Of a DNA stretch of 64,000 nucleotides, positions 1 through 9,804 are shown in pieces; the stretch's first letter is position 1; each line of letters starts with the position of its first letter. Position numbers and translations under genes: made by a program. Origin of the DNA: Williopsis jadinii. Lineage: Eukaryota. Under the pieces are notes generated by a model. That model was not told the DNA's origin. It did not search any database and saw only the letters and a list, made by a program, of their open reading frames with translations. Location of the stretch: contig AP024668.1 of the NCBI GenBank assembly GCA_024346625.1, positions 62,001-126,000 of the forward strand, read 5' to 3'.

Positions 1-1
1 A

Positions 2-1180
2 TCAGCCGGTGAGATTTATTCTTTGGGTAGCTGGCACAGCGGACATCGCAGCGTTGGTCCGGACTCTGCTGATTACGAAGTGACACAACAGCACGCGGAG
101 CCCACAAGAACACTGTATGAAGGAGGTAGCGGTGTGCCTTTCCCTCCAGATCTTGCTGCAAGGCTAAGAAGAGCCAGACCTCTGATCACTGGAAGACGTG
201 GTGGAGGTCGAATCAACGATCCTACAATATTACCGTTCCCCTTGACATCTACGAGTCCAGTCCACCAGGAGGCTTCCACTACGAGAACTGATACAGCTAA
301 CAGGTTTCTGAACCATGAGCATGCGCCTCAGAAGGGCTCCAATGTCAAGTTCATCTCTATAAGCTCTGGTAGATGCCACTTCATCGCGCTGGATAACACG
401 GGTAACGTATGGAGTTGGGATAACCCTCGAACAGGATATGGTATACACATACAGTTCTTTGACGAGTCCGGCAACAACATCATTGACAAGGGCCATAAGG
501 TGCTGCAATGCCATGCTGGCTGGAACTCCACTGTTGCCTACTTATACGGCTACGGACTCGTATATTGGGAGAAGAGAAGTGCTCTAGAGGAAGGGAAACT
601 GTACGCAGAAGCACACCACACTCTTGTTCCCAATACTGGCATGATTAACGGCGAAGACAAAGTTATTGACTTCATGGTTGGTGATGGCTACCTCGTCTAC
701 TTGACACAACGGGGTGAATTGTTCAGAAACGACATGATTGGAATGGAGTCTTATCCTCTGACCAAATTCTCCAAGGTTCTAGTGGAGAACTGTGACACCA
801 CAGAGCCCAAGTTTGTCAGATTGAGTGGTAACTTCAACACCTTTGCATGCTTTACGAACGATGATTTGGTATTTCTCGGCTCTAAAGATGGAGATGAGCC
901 TCAACTGGTCCAAGAGCTGAAACACAAGAATTGTATTAGCGTTGCCGTAGGCGACTATCATCTGCTAGCGTTATGTAACGACGGCTCATTATACTCATGG
1001 GGCTTGGAATCAGCAGGATGTGGCTGTCTTGGGCTGGGTACGGATCCACAGGGCTCTGAAAGGGAAGATCGTGGTTCAATTAGGGTTAGAAAGCCTACAT
1101 TGGTGGAGACTGAAGGAAAAGTCATTGCCATTGCAGCTGCCGGATGGCATTCCAGTGCAATTGTCATTAAAGACGACTGA
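2..1180 (+). CDS. SAF1: RCC1-repeat protein, probable SCF-associated factor Saf1 (5'-truncated by window edge)
   Basis: Frame is open from base 2. RCC1/BLIP-II repeats: ISSGRCHFIALDNTGNVWSW, VAVGDYHLLALCNDGSLYSWG..GCLGLG, IAAAGWHSSA. The F-box would lie upstream of the window. Confidence 0.75.
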   Translation, partial: SAGEIYSLGSWHSGHRSVGPDSADYEVTQQHAEPTRTLYEGGSGVPFPPDLAARLRRARPLITGRRGGGRINDPTILPFPLTSTSPVHQEASTTRTDTANRFLNHEHAPQKGSNVKFISISSGRCHFIALDNTGNVWSWDNPRTGYGIHIQFFDESGNNIIDKGHKVLQCHAGWNSTVAYLYGYGLVYWEKRSALEEGKLYAEAHHTLVPNTGMINGEDKVIDFMVGDGYLVYLTQRGELFRNDMIGMESYPLTKFSKVLVENCDTTEPKFVRLSGNFNTFACFTNDDLVFLGSKDGDEPQLVQELKHKNCISVAVGDYHLLALCNDGSLYSWGLESAGCGCLGLGTDPQGSEREDRGSIRVRKPTLVETEGKVIAIAAAGWHSSAIVIKDD

Positions 1181-1196
1181 CCAAGCCCTTAGATAG

Positions 1197-2072
1197 TTAA
1201 TTCGAAAGACCGAGATACTTTGCATGATGCGCAGCATGTTGTGCAGTGAATGAAGAGATGAAGTAATAAGAATGATCGAACCCTTCTTCGTAGTTGACGC
1301 TGACTTTGCCCTCGAACGGAGTGCCCTTGGATGCCTCAACCAAGTTCTCTGGGAGCAATTGGTGGTCCCTGTAGTAGAAAGGATCAGCCTTACCAACATG
1401 GATCAAGATCTCTGGAGATGGACCTTCGTAGGCCTTGATCAAGTCTGTTGGGTCGTACTTAGCCCACTGGGACTTGTCATCGCCTAAGTAACCACCAAAG
1501 TTCTTCTCACCCCATTGACACTTTGAAGGGTTTGAGATTGGGGCGAAAGCACTGACTGATTTGTACTTTGAAGGGTTTTGCAAGAAGCCAGAGAGCGCAC
1601 CGTATCCTCCCATTGAGTGGCCAGTGATTGAGATGGTGTCAAAGTCCAACTTGTCGAATTGCTCAGCCAGCTTTGTCTGGAGCTCACCATGGACGTAGGA
1701 GTACATTCTGTAGTTGGTCTTGAACTTCTCAGTGGTGGCATCCACGTAGAAACCCGCACCTGAACCAAAGTCCCAGGAGTCGTCTTCACCTTCGATGCCA
1801 GCACCTCTTGGAGATGTATCTGGGAACACAACTGCAAACCCGTACTTATCAGCTTGAGGTTGCCAGAAGGCCTTCTCAGAGGCATTGTTGGGAGTACAAG
1901 TCAGTCCTGACAAATAGAGCAACACCGGGATCGACTTCGAGGAGGCAGAGTCATATTGCTTTGGCAAGTAGACGTTGACCTCCATCTTCGTCTTGGTCTC
2001 TGTGGATTCATGGGAGAGCTTCAGGAGCTTACCTTCGAAGGTGTATATGGTGGAATCGGTGGTGAAGGACAT
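1197..2072 (-). CDS. S-formylglutathione hydrolase (esterase D family)
   Basis: LSGLTCT, PDTSPRG, SWDFGSGAGFY, nucleophile GHSMGG and DHSYYFI motifs; YJL068C/FGH1 ortholog. Confidence 0.97.
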   Translation of the reverse strand: MSFTTDSTIYTFEGKLLKLSHESTETKTKMEVNVYLPKQYDSASSKSIPVLLYLSGLTCTPNNASEKAFWQPQADKYGFAVVFPDTSPRGAGIEGEDDSWDFGSGAGFYVDATTEKFKTNYRMYSYVHGELQTKLAEQFDKLDFDTISITGHSMGGYGALSGFLQNPSKYKSVSAFAPISNPSKCQWGEKNFGGYLGDDKSQWAKYDPTDLIKAYEGPSPEILIHVGKADPFYYRDHQLLPENLVEASKGTPFEGKVSVNYEEGFDHSYYFISSFTAQHAAHHAKYLGLSN

Positions 2073-2377
2073 TGTTGTTCAATTGGACGGGTTGCGAGAG
2101 AACTAAAAAGGAAGAGGATTTGGCAATTATGGGTCCCCAATCCACGTTGGTATTTATATATCTTTTGTTGTAGAAGCCGGGGAGGGAATATTTTACCCTT
2201 TTGGGTTAAATTTGGCACTCTACGGTCGTTTTTCCAGTTTACGCCAAATTTGCGAGCAGTTGTGCAAAATACGTGGCCGGACGGTGTTTTACGCCAAAAG
2301 TGCGCGCAAGATACGAAAACGGAAAAGGGCTATATTGGCACGTTATGGATTGTATATACAACGACGGTGTTTTACAT

Positions 2378-2651
2378 TCATTTCTTACCAGACTTCTTGA
2401 TACCACCACCCACGAGCGGCTTACCGCCTTTGATTTGGGCAGCAGCAGCCTTTCTAGCAGCTTCGGCTTCTTTTTGCTTCTGTTTGAAGGCGAGGTCCTC
2501 CTCGTCGAGGTCCTGAGGACCTTTCTTCTTTTGCTTAAGAGCTATATCATCGGAGCTGTTAGCGCCTTCTTCTTTGCTATCTCTAACATATTTCAAGTAC
2601 AACCGATACAATTCACATACGCTTGAGTTTACCACCTTGACGACCAGACAT
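2378..2651 (-). CDS. TMA7: Translation machinery-associated protein 7; 2 exons (2651-2621, 2541-2378), intron 2620-2542
   Basis: Exon 1 ATG TCT GGT CGT CAA GGT GGT AAA CTC AAG C, then GTATGT...GCTAAC...TAG. Splicing gives MSGRQGGKLKPLKQKKKGPQDLDEEDLAFKQKQK...GGGIKKSGKK, a typical Tma7. Confidence 0.95.
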
Positions 2652-2719
2652 TTTCAGATATCTTTTCTAGAGAACGATTCCAATGTTGGAGCAGAGGATG
2701 ATGTTGCTGCTGTTGGGCT

Positions 2720-2832
2720 AAAATTTTTTCGGGGTTAACCTCCTTACATAAGCAACTTTTTTACCCGTCGGGAAATTGGCAGAGCTCATCGCCCAAGCAA
2801 CGTGAGACCTAAACAACGTAAAAAAAATTTCA
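2720..2832. promoter_or_regulatory. Ribosome-biogenesis (RiBi) promoter module shared by divergent TMA7/JIP5: RRPE-like tracts, PAC element, Reb1-like site
   Basis: AAAATTTTTTC at 2720-2730; TTACCCG at 2761-2767; AGCTCATCGC (reverse complement GCGATGAGCT = PAC) at 2783-2792; AAAAAAAATTTCA at 2820-2832. Confidence 0.75.
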
Positions 2833-2887
2833 GTGCAAGTGGTTGGTAATATGAATCAATCATAAGCTACGAGATTGCGCTAGATAA

Positions 2888-4300
2888 ATGGGTAGAAAGG
2901 CGAAGAAGTCACAAGTCAGCGAAGCGTTGGAGAGTGGTGTTCTTCCACTCCTCGAACTGAAGTTCGAGGCGCCATTGTTTGCATTTGCAGCCCATCCTAC
3001 AAGACCTATATTGGCCTTGGGATTGGCAAATGGATACATGTTCATGATTGAGTATGATACTTCCAAATTGGCGTTGACGATGCAAGATTTGAAAAGAACA
3101 TACAAGAAGTCGAAGGCTGTGGAGTCCAAAACCAAGCTGAAGCAATGGCGAGTGGAAACCTTGGCCAAGGATAGCGAATTGGCGGATGGCTTGAGAATCA
3201 TTTGGAAGACCAAGAGACATAAAGGAAGCGTTAGATCTATATGCTTTAACAGCGACGGCGAGGAAATCTACTCAATTGGATCCGATCACGTGTTGAAAAA
3301 GGCCCATACCACAAATGGTAAAGTCATTAAGAAGACCACCGTGGAGAATTGCTCGCCAATGAAGCTCTACAAGTCCGAAACACACCCGTTCTTGGTCATT
3401 GGCGACGAAGAAGGCAATGTCCATGTCATTGATTCTGAAAGCCTAAAGCTGAAGAATGTTGTCCAGAAAGTTCACGAAGATGCCATAAACGCTATAGTTC
3501 CTATGAAGAAAAAATCTGTGTATCAGTTTGTCTCTGTCGGCTCCACCACCGTGTCGCTTTGGGATACCAGAAAAACTGCTTCAAACATAACGTCTGAGAA
3601 CCAAGAGGATGAGATCTTGAGTGCCTGTTTCGTCAACCCGGAAGATGGGGAAACGCTGGTGTGTGGTATGGGCGAGGGGATCGTCACGGTGTGGAAGTAC
3701 TCCAAGAATGAGTTTACCGATCAAATCTCAAGAATCAAGGTTTGCAAGGATGAGAGTATTGACTGTATCATCAGCACTTTGCAAGACGATGGCTGCTGCT
3801 GGTGTGGCTGCTCCAGTGGTGATGTCTTCAAGATAGACGTTAAGCGTGGCAAGCTAGTTGAGAGCAGAGTGCACAGCTCCATCGACGAGGTGGGCTTCTT
3901 AGATCTAGACTATGAGTACAGGCTGATCAGTGGAGGCATGGATAAATTGAAACTATGGAACGACAGCGACGACGCATCCGACACATCGCACGAATCTGCA
4001 AGTGACTCCCTTGCCGAGCAAGCATCTGACAGCGAAGACGACAGCGAAGACGACAGCGAAGACGACAGCGAAGACGACAGCGAAGACTCCTCAGCTGAAC
4101 AACCGGGACGGGCCGTAATTACAGAATCAGCAACGACGACGCACGCTGTGGATACCGAGCACGCATCATCCGACAACTCCTCCAACGAGTCTGAGGTCGA
4201 AGAGGCAAAGCCAAAGAAGAAGAAACAGAAGCTCACCACAAAGCAAGTGCGTAATCTACAAAAGCACGAGCATGGTATCAGAAGATTCGACGATCTATAA
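2888..4300 (+). CDS. JIP5: WD40-repeat protein Jip5 (60S biogenesis)
   Basis: WD repeats (WKTKRHKGSVRSICF, DEILSACF, LDLDYEYRLISGGMD), acidic tail, C-terminal HEHGIRRFDDL; neighbour of the YPR170W-B ortholog as in S. cerevisiae. Confidence 0.9.
   Translation: MGRKAKKSQVSEALESGVLPLLELKFEAPLFAFAAHPTRPILALGLANGYMFMIEYDTSKLALTMQDLKRTYKKSKAVESKTKLKQWRVETLAKDSELADGLRIIWKTKRHKGSVRSICFNSDGEEIYSIGSDHVLKKAHTTNGKVIKKTTVENCSPMKLYKSETHPFLVIGDEEGNVHVIDSESLKLKNVVQKVHEDAINAIVPMKKKSVYQFVSVGSTTVSLWDTRKTASNITSENQEDEILSACFVNPEDGETLVCGMGEGIVTVWKYSKNEFTDQISRIKVCKDESIDCIISTLQDDGCCWCGCSSGDVFKIDVKRGKLVESRVHSSIDEVGFLDLDYEYRLISGGMDKLKLWNDSDDASDTSHESASDSLAEQASDSEDDSEDDSEDDSEDDSEDSSAEQPGRAVITESATTTHAVDTEHASSDNSSNESEVEEAKPKKKKQKLTTKQVRNLQKHEHGIRRFDDL
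4028..4087 (+). repeat. Perfect 12-bp coding minisatellite GACAGCGAAGAC x5 (DSED repeats in JIP5)
   Basis: Read directly from the sequence. Confidence 0.95.
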
Positions 4301-4534
4301 ACATTGTTAAATAGAAATGAGCTCATGTTGAGAGAAAAACCCGTATAAAAGACGAAGGCCGATATGCCGGTTGACGCAGGAATGCACGAGCTTTTCCTTT
4401 CAACGCAGCTGTTACGAAGCCCAGCGAAGGATCAGAAAAAATCATGGGCGATTTGGATACTTTTCAATATCACAGCCATTGGATGGTTTGTAGCTTCCGA
4501 CTCGTATCAGTAAGTGCTGTGGATAATTCACACG

Positions 4535-5083
4535 ATGGCCAAATCACACACGGTGACGTTCTCGTATAACCCTGAGAAGCTTGTGCTGTTCAACGGCACG
4601 AGCGAAAGACAATCACAGGCGGAGAGGCTAGTGGAGCAGCTGGGGCTCGAGGAGACAGGTGTTCTGGACAGTGAGGGGGAGCTGAAGTGGTTGGAGTCGA
4701 GTGCAGAGCTGAGTGACATTCTGAGACAGTGGCGACAGCTGTATAAGGCGCTGGACCGTAAGAAGCGGATGCTGAAGCGTGATGGACAGGCGGTGCGGAC
4801 AAGCACAGGGACCAGCACAGGAACTAGCACCAGCACAGGGACCAGCACCAGCACGGGCACAGAGGACGACGACGAGGGAGAGGAGAAGGTGGACTACACG
4901 AGCAGTGGCAGCACTGACAACGAGCGCAACAGCATGCGCAGCGACTCTACACAGACCAGCCCGGCCAGCGGTGGTGATGCCACCACCGGCATCGCTGGCT
5001 CGACGCCTAACTCTGCGAAGCACACTACCGTCTCCTCCGACGAAGGCGATAGCCTTCACAGACGGAAGAGGCTAAGAGTGTGA
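4535..5083 (+). CDS. Hypothetical protein (182 aa from first ATG): helical N-terminal half, Thr/Ser/Gly repeat and acidic low-complexity C-half, terminal basic NLS-like RRKRLRV
   Basis: Intact ORF with ACG ATG context and coding-like composition; no family recognised. Confidence 0.6.
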   Translation: MAKSHTVTFSYNPEKLVLFNGTSERQSQAERLVEQLGLEETGVLDSEGELKWLESSAELSDILRQWRQLYKALDRKKRMLKRDGQAVRTSTGTSTGTSTSTGTSTSTGTEDDDEGEEKVDYTSSGSTDNERNSMRSDSTQTSPASGGDATTGIAGSTPNSAKHTTVSSDEGDSLHRRKRLRV

Positions 5084-5343
5084 CACGCTTAGCCTACAAA
5101 ATACTCACCGTATGCCGTATAATACCAGTTTTAACTTATTTGAACCACCTCTTTGTAAGCCATGGCCCGTAATCGTTGTTTATAAAGTACTTGTAGTGAG
5201 CGCCTGGACAGGTTGGAGTTCCTGCTGCTGCGTAGCGAGCGAGGCCTAGGCGGAGGGAAAACGCCGGGCAGCTGAGCAGCCTGCCTGCTCCTCCAGGCTG
5301 CTCCTCCAGGCTGGAACCCCCCTGGGAAAAAAACATCAGCACA

Positions 5344-5367
5344 CAACAACAACAACAACAACAACAA
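5344..5367 (+). repeat. (CAA)n microsatellite upstream of the V-ATPase subunit f ATG
   Basis: caacaacaac... run visible just upstream of ATG 5413. Confidence 0.9.
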
Positions 5368-5412
5368 CTCCTCCAACCTCACGGGCCCTCAACACAACAT
5401 ACACAGCAAAAG

Positions 5413-5741
5413 ATGCAACCATTGGTGTCGGTATGTACTGAGACTGCGATTCTTCCCACGGAGCACTACTAACAGGACGGCGCATGGCGAGATAGGCTGG
5501 CAAAGCGTGGTTCTGTACCGTTCTCTCTGCCTTTGGCGTGGTGATCCTCTCGTTCATAGCGTACCTCTTCTACACCAACCACGAGTCGATGATGGGGTCG
5601 ATAAACGACCCGGAGGATGGCAAAGCAGTTGCTGAGACCGTGGGCACTGCGGCACTGGTGTACGCTGGGTTCTTCGTGTTCTGCGGTGCGCAGATACTCA
5701 TCTACAAGAGAAACGCCCGTCAAAGCGTTGCGCTCCAGTGA
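5413..5741 (+). CDS. V-ATPase V0 subunit f (YPR170W-B / RNASEK family); 2 exons (5413-5430, 5496-5741), intron 5431-5495
   Basis: ATG CAA CCA TTG GTG TCG, then GTATGT..TACTAAC..TAG, then GCT GGC AAA GCG TGG. Gives MQPLVSAGKAWFCTVLSAFGVVILSFIAYLFYTNHESMMGSINDPEDGKAVA..., matching the recalled YPR170W-B sequence. Confidence 0.93.
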
Positions 5742-6091
5742 GAGTGCCTGTCTGCTGCCTAGCAGCACAGCACAGTTCATCCGGCTTAAATAGACCATTT
5801 TTTAATCCAATCTCTTTTACTTTCACCATGACGAGTAGTGCCACGGGCCCAGTAGGCTCGGGAAACCGTTTCCATGGGCAATTGGGCTGTGTGCCTGGGC
5901 TGGGCTGGGGGGTGATAACGTATGCGTACGTGTATCAGGGAAGTGAGGGACATAAAACACCCAATTTTGCAATTATATAGAGCCACCTCCTCCCAATGGG
6001 AAAAAGAAACAAAAGAGAAGCCTGCAACGGTTATAAAGGTCGATACTGACGTGAGTTCGGTCCGTTTCATCTCATTTTAGCCTAGCCAAAG

Positions 6092-7756
6092 ATGCTTAGA
6101 CACAGGAGAGGCCTGGCTTCGCTTGCGATAACTGATCCCCTGGTGCTGTACAAATCCCTGGTGAGCCAGGGGAAGCTGGTGGCAGATCAGCACCAGCTGA
6201 GAACGGTGGTGGAGCTGCAACGACTCCACTATAGGGTGAAGGACTACGAGCCTCCTGAGTGGGCACAGCTGGAGATCGAGCGCATGCTGACCAAGATTGA
6301 TACACCGACGAGATGGAGGCCTCTACTGCGGAGCAGACGTCGGGACCTGGTCAAGGTGCTGTCTGATGAAGATCTGAAGAGCTTCCCAAGTCCTCACGGG
6401 CTGTTGATCAACGGTGGTGTCGGCACGGGGAAAACGATGCTGATGGACATGTTTGCCCAGTCGTTGCCTAAGAAGTCCAAGCAACGCTGGCACTATCAGA
6501 ATTTCATGTTGTGGGTCTATAACGAGATCCACACGATCCATTTGAAGCGACTGAAGATGAGATCAAACACCCGTGATGAGTTCATCCTCTTTGAAATCGC
6601 ACAGAAGATGATATCTCAGAACACCGTGCTGATATTGGACGAGTTCATGTTACCAGATCTCGCTGCTGCAAAGATCGTGAAGCTGCTGTTCACGTACTTC
6701 TTCAAGCTTGGTGGTGTCCTAGTGGCCACTTCTAATAGGATGCCAGAGGACCTGTACGCCACTGATTTCAAGAAAGCCGACTTCAGATCGTTCATGGCCG
6801 TGTTGCAATCAAGGTGCTACTCATTGGATATCGAATCAGACAAGGACTATAGACAGTTGATGCACCAAGACTCGAAAGGCTCCAATGTGATTATTGGCAA
6901 AGGTGATATTCGTAAACTGGCCAAGCTACAACTGTCAGATGGCTCGGATAAGAAGATTTCTGTCTATGGACGGGAAGTCACGATCCCATGGCATCATGAG
7001 GGCAAGGTGTACTTCAAATTCGAGGACCTGTGTGCTGGACTGTACGGTCCTGGTGATTACATATCGCTGGCGTCGAACTTCCATACGTTTGTCATCGACG
7101 AAGTGCCGGTGTTGAAGATGTCAATGAAGAATGAGGCCAGACGGTTCATCACGCTTTTGGATGCCCTCTATGAGAGCAGATGCCAATTGTACTTACAATT
7201 GGACACTCATCCCGATGAGCTCTTCTTCCCTGACTCCAAAGTTGGTGAAAACGATGGTGAAGATGAGCAGAACAGAATTAGAGTCCAGGAAGAGGAGGCG
7301 TTCTCTAAGACCCATATTGCACTGACAGCACCTTATAGACCAAACATATCGAACTATGACGATGACAAGATCTACTATAAGGAATGCTCTACGGGGAGTT
7401 GTGAGCTAACGTCTATAGATTATGCAAAACAGAAGACGTTCACAGGTTCTGACGAGAAGTTTGCATACAAGAGAGCACTTTCCAGATTGAAAGAGATGGA
7501 CTCAGATGCCTATAAATCAATGGCATGGAAGCCACTTCATGAAATGATGAGACCATGGGAGGGCAGTCGTTCACGTGTGAACGGTGTGTGGGAAGAACAA
7601 GACGAATTCGAATACGTCAACCATGCTTCAAAGGTGGCACCAAACTTTGCTTATACGCATTTCTGGTCAATGGGACTATGGGGTAAAGGCGAACGGTTAA
7701 ACGATATGGCTAGACGATGGATTAGAGGAGTATCTGCGCCAGATCATCGTTATTGA
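6092..7756 (+). CDS. AFG1: AFG1/LACE1 (ZapE)-family mitochondrial ATPase
   Basis: Walker A GGVGTGKTMLMD, Walker B LILDEF, ATSNR.PEDLY, EARRFITLLDALYE; Arg-rich N-terminus. Confidence 0.88.
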   Translation: MLRHRRGLASLAITDPLVLYKSLVSQGKLVADQHQLRTVVELQRLHYRVKDYEPPEWAQLEIERMLTKIDTPTRWRPLLRSRRRDLVKVLSDEDLKSFPSPHGLLINGGVGTGKTMLMDMFAQSLPKKSKQRWHYQNFMLWVYNEIHTIHLKRLKMRSNTRDEFILFEIAQKMISQNTVLILDEFMLPDLAAAKIVKLLFTYFFKLGGVLVATSNRMPEDLYATDFKKADFRSFMAVLQSRCYSLDIESDKDYRQLMHQDSKGSNVIIGKGDIRKLAKLQLSDGSDKKISVYGREVTIPWHHEGKVYFKFEDLCAGLYGPGDYISLASNFHTFVIDEVPVLKMSMKNEARRFITLLDALYESRCQLYLQLDTHPDELFFPDSKVGENDGEDEQNRIRVQEEEAFSKTHIALTAPYRPNISNYDDDKIYYKECSTGSCELTSIDYAKQKTFTGSDEKFAYKRALSRLKEMDSDAYKSMAWKPLHEMMRPWEGSRSRVNGVWEEQDEFEYVNHASKVAPNFAYTHFWSMGLWGKGERLNDMARRWIRGVSAPDHRY

Positions 7757-7830
7757 ATATTCATGAATACAGGTTATAGATATAGTATCAACTCTGTAGG
7801 ATCCATTGGTATGTTTGGAGCAACAGGTGA

Positions 7831-9540
7831 TCATTCAATCTCTTCGACACAGCTCCAGGGCTTGCCATTATAGCAAAAGTTTTGGGCAACTTGTTCATCG
7901 CACAATGTCAGAAGCACCACACCGTTCTCGTAAATATGCGAATGCATATCCTTCCATGCCTTGATTATATCAGTTTTCGACTTCATGAGAAAGCACACTC
8001 TCTGTGGAAACTGACCATTGACACGGATCTTGAGGTATCTGCTGCCAATTGACTGTAGTTTGTGAGAGAATGCTCCACATAGTTCATCAACACTGGGTGT
8101 AACGTTCTTGGATGTCCTCCTCTGCTCTGAGCCATTGGGCATCTCATAGTCTATGAAGATGTAGTGTGATGGGATATCCTCTGTAGAGAGATTATGAGCA
8201 GCGATGGTCTTTATGCTGACTGTCCTGGTATAATCTTGAAAAGGTGATATCATCCCTTTTGGTACTGATATTGGGATATGGCTTGAAAGGTTTGGTTTCC
8301 GAGTACGATTCTTCGAGTGAGGTGTAACAACCTCAACATTATGATCATCGTTATGGTCAACATTATTAACCACATCATCCACAACAACAGCATCATCATC
8401 CGATATTACTTGACGTATAACCGGTCGAGATTTGTTTGCTGTCTGATCACTCGAGTCGTTGTCATAACCCATAACACCATTACAGTGATCATCGTCAATG
8501 CCATTATTCACATTGTAAGTCTTGGTACCTCCATCACTGTGCCCATCATCATGGTCAATATCATCAATGGCATGGGCTTTATACCGTTCATATCTGTTCG
8601 CAGTCTCAGACAGACATGTGTCTTTCTTAACGGTAGTGTCAGAATTTTCCAACAAACGTGTGTTTGACCTTATGGTCCTCTTAACTCGTCCATTGTGTTT
8701 CTCAAAGTCCTTAGTGATGTCACAGTCTATATAACATTTCCCATTCCTTATGGCATAGGGCAATGTGGCCTTCAATCCACATACAAAGCTCGTGCTACCA
8801 CCTCTAATGCACAGTTCTTCGTTCTCCAATGATGTTGAGAAGTTTGGACCAAGGCTGCTGAACAAGTAGTCCCACTTCACAGGTCGACAAGCATACTTCA
8901 TAAATTGTCTATCAATTTTGGCATAGAACTTCATGGGATCATGGACATAGAAGCGAGACGATACATAAGACTCAAAGCCATACCTCTCCAGCAGCGATGC
9001 ACATTGTGTATCAGAGTAGCTGTTCACCATTTCAACAACAACAAGGTACTGTCCCTCCTGTAGTTTGTAGAAATTGATAATCTGTTCTTCAAATTCTCTG
9101 TTTAGCTCTTCAAAGTCTGCATTGGAGACACAACTCAATACATACATGTTAACGTGCTTGTCTTGGTGCTCACCGAGAACGACATTCTTGAATGGTATTA
9201 CCTTCACATGGTGTGTTTTCCTGTGCTTTAGTGATCTTTGAGAATCAGACTTGCTCTGGAGCGCAAGTCCCTTGGAACCGTGGTCCTCTTTCTCGTGGTG
9301 GTTGGGACTCGGGTGATGTCGTTTCAACGGCTCTGTCTTCCTGCTCTGTGAGTGTGTACCGTGGTATCCCGAGCGAGTCGACTTCAGACTGCTAGACGAC
9401 TCTGGGTATCCACTACTTATGATCACTTTCGGCCTGTTTATAGAAATCGACCTCTTATTGAGTAGCCTGTGCGAGTTCGGATGTCCCTCTCTATAGTCCG
9501 ATATAGCACCCAGACGCTCGTCAGGACCCTCAGCTTTCAT
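7831..9540 (-). CDS. Orphan hypothetical protein (~570 aa): basic His/Ser-rich disordered N-terminus, two alpha/beta globular regions separated by a D/N/H-rich linker
   Basis: 1.7-kb uninterrupted ORF (GTG at 9570, first ATG at 9540); no family recognised. Confidence 0.65.
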   Translation of the reverse strand: MKAEGPDERLGAISDYREGHPNSHRLLNKRSISINRPKVIISSGYPESSSSLKSTRSGYHGTHSQSRKTEPLKRHHPSPNHHEKEDHGSKGLALQSKSDSQRSLKHRKTHHVKVIPFKNVVLGEHQDKHVNMYVLSCVSNADFEELNREFEEQIINFYKLQEGQYLVVVEMVNSYSDTQCASLLERYGFESYVSSRFYVHDPMKFYAKIDRQFMKYACRPVKWDYLFSSLGPNFSTSLENEELCIRGGSTSFVCGLKATLPYAIRNGKCYIDCDITKDFEKHNGRVKRTIRSNTRLLENSDTTVKKDTCLSETANRYERYKAHAIDDIDHDDGHSDGGTKTYNVNNGIDDDHCNGVMGYDNDSSDQTANKSRPVIRQVISDDDAVVVDDVVNNVDHNDDHNVEVVTPHSKNRTRKPNLSSHIPISVPKGMISPFQDYTRTVSIKTIAAHNLSTEDIPSHYIFIDYEMPNGSEQRRTSKNVTPSVDELCGAFSHKLQSIGSRYLKIRVNGQFPQRVCFLMKSKTDIIKAWKDMHSHIYENGVVLLTLCDEQVAQNFCYNGKPWSCVEEIE

Positions 9541-9692
9541 AGCTTGACAGAGTCGACTGATCAATGCCACGTTATCTAATAGAGGTTGTGCTCAATTAGC
9601 TCGTTGATGTGGGTTTAATAGTAGGAGGGGGTATTGAAAGCGTATCCAATGTTCGTTCTGCATTGGGTTCGAAGGGTAAGTTTGGCGATGCG

Positions 9693-9780
9693 ATGAATAA
9701 AATATTATTATAATACGAGAATAATATTATACTGGTATTATATACTATTATATTATATAATAATAATATAATGAACATCA
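9693..9780. other. Extremely AT-rich (~85-90% A+T) low-complexity island
   Basis: aatattattataatacgagaataatattatactggtattatatactattatattatataataataatataatg, sharply unlike the flanks. Confidence 0.85.
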
Positions 9781-9804
9781 GATACCCTAAGTACGGAGCC
9801 CAGT

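Noticed and set aside
4444..4569. 41-codon ORF and GTAAGT upstream of the 4535-5083 gene suggesting an extra exon
   Set aside because: No convincing branch point or acceptor to join it in frame, and no protein motif.
5467..5475. TACTAACAG as the 3' splice site of the V-ATPase f intron
   Set aside because: It would shift the frame by 20 nt; the TAG at 5493-5495 restores the conserved protein.
9693..9800. Point centromere (CDEII-like AT tract of about the right length)
   Set aside because: No flanking CDEI (RTCACRTG) or CDEIII (CCGAA core) match; point centromeres are not expected outside Saccharomycetaceae.
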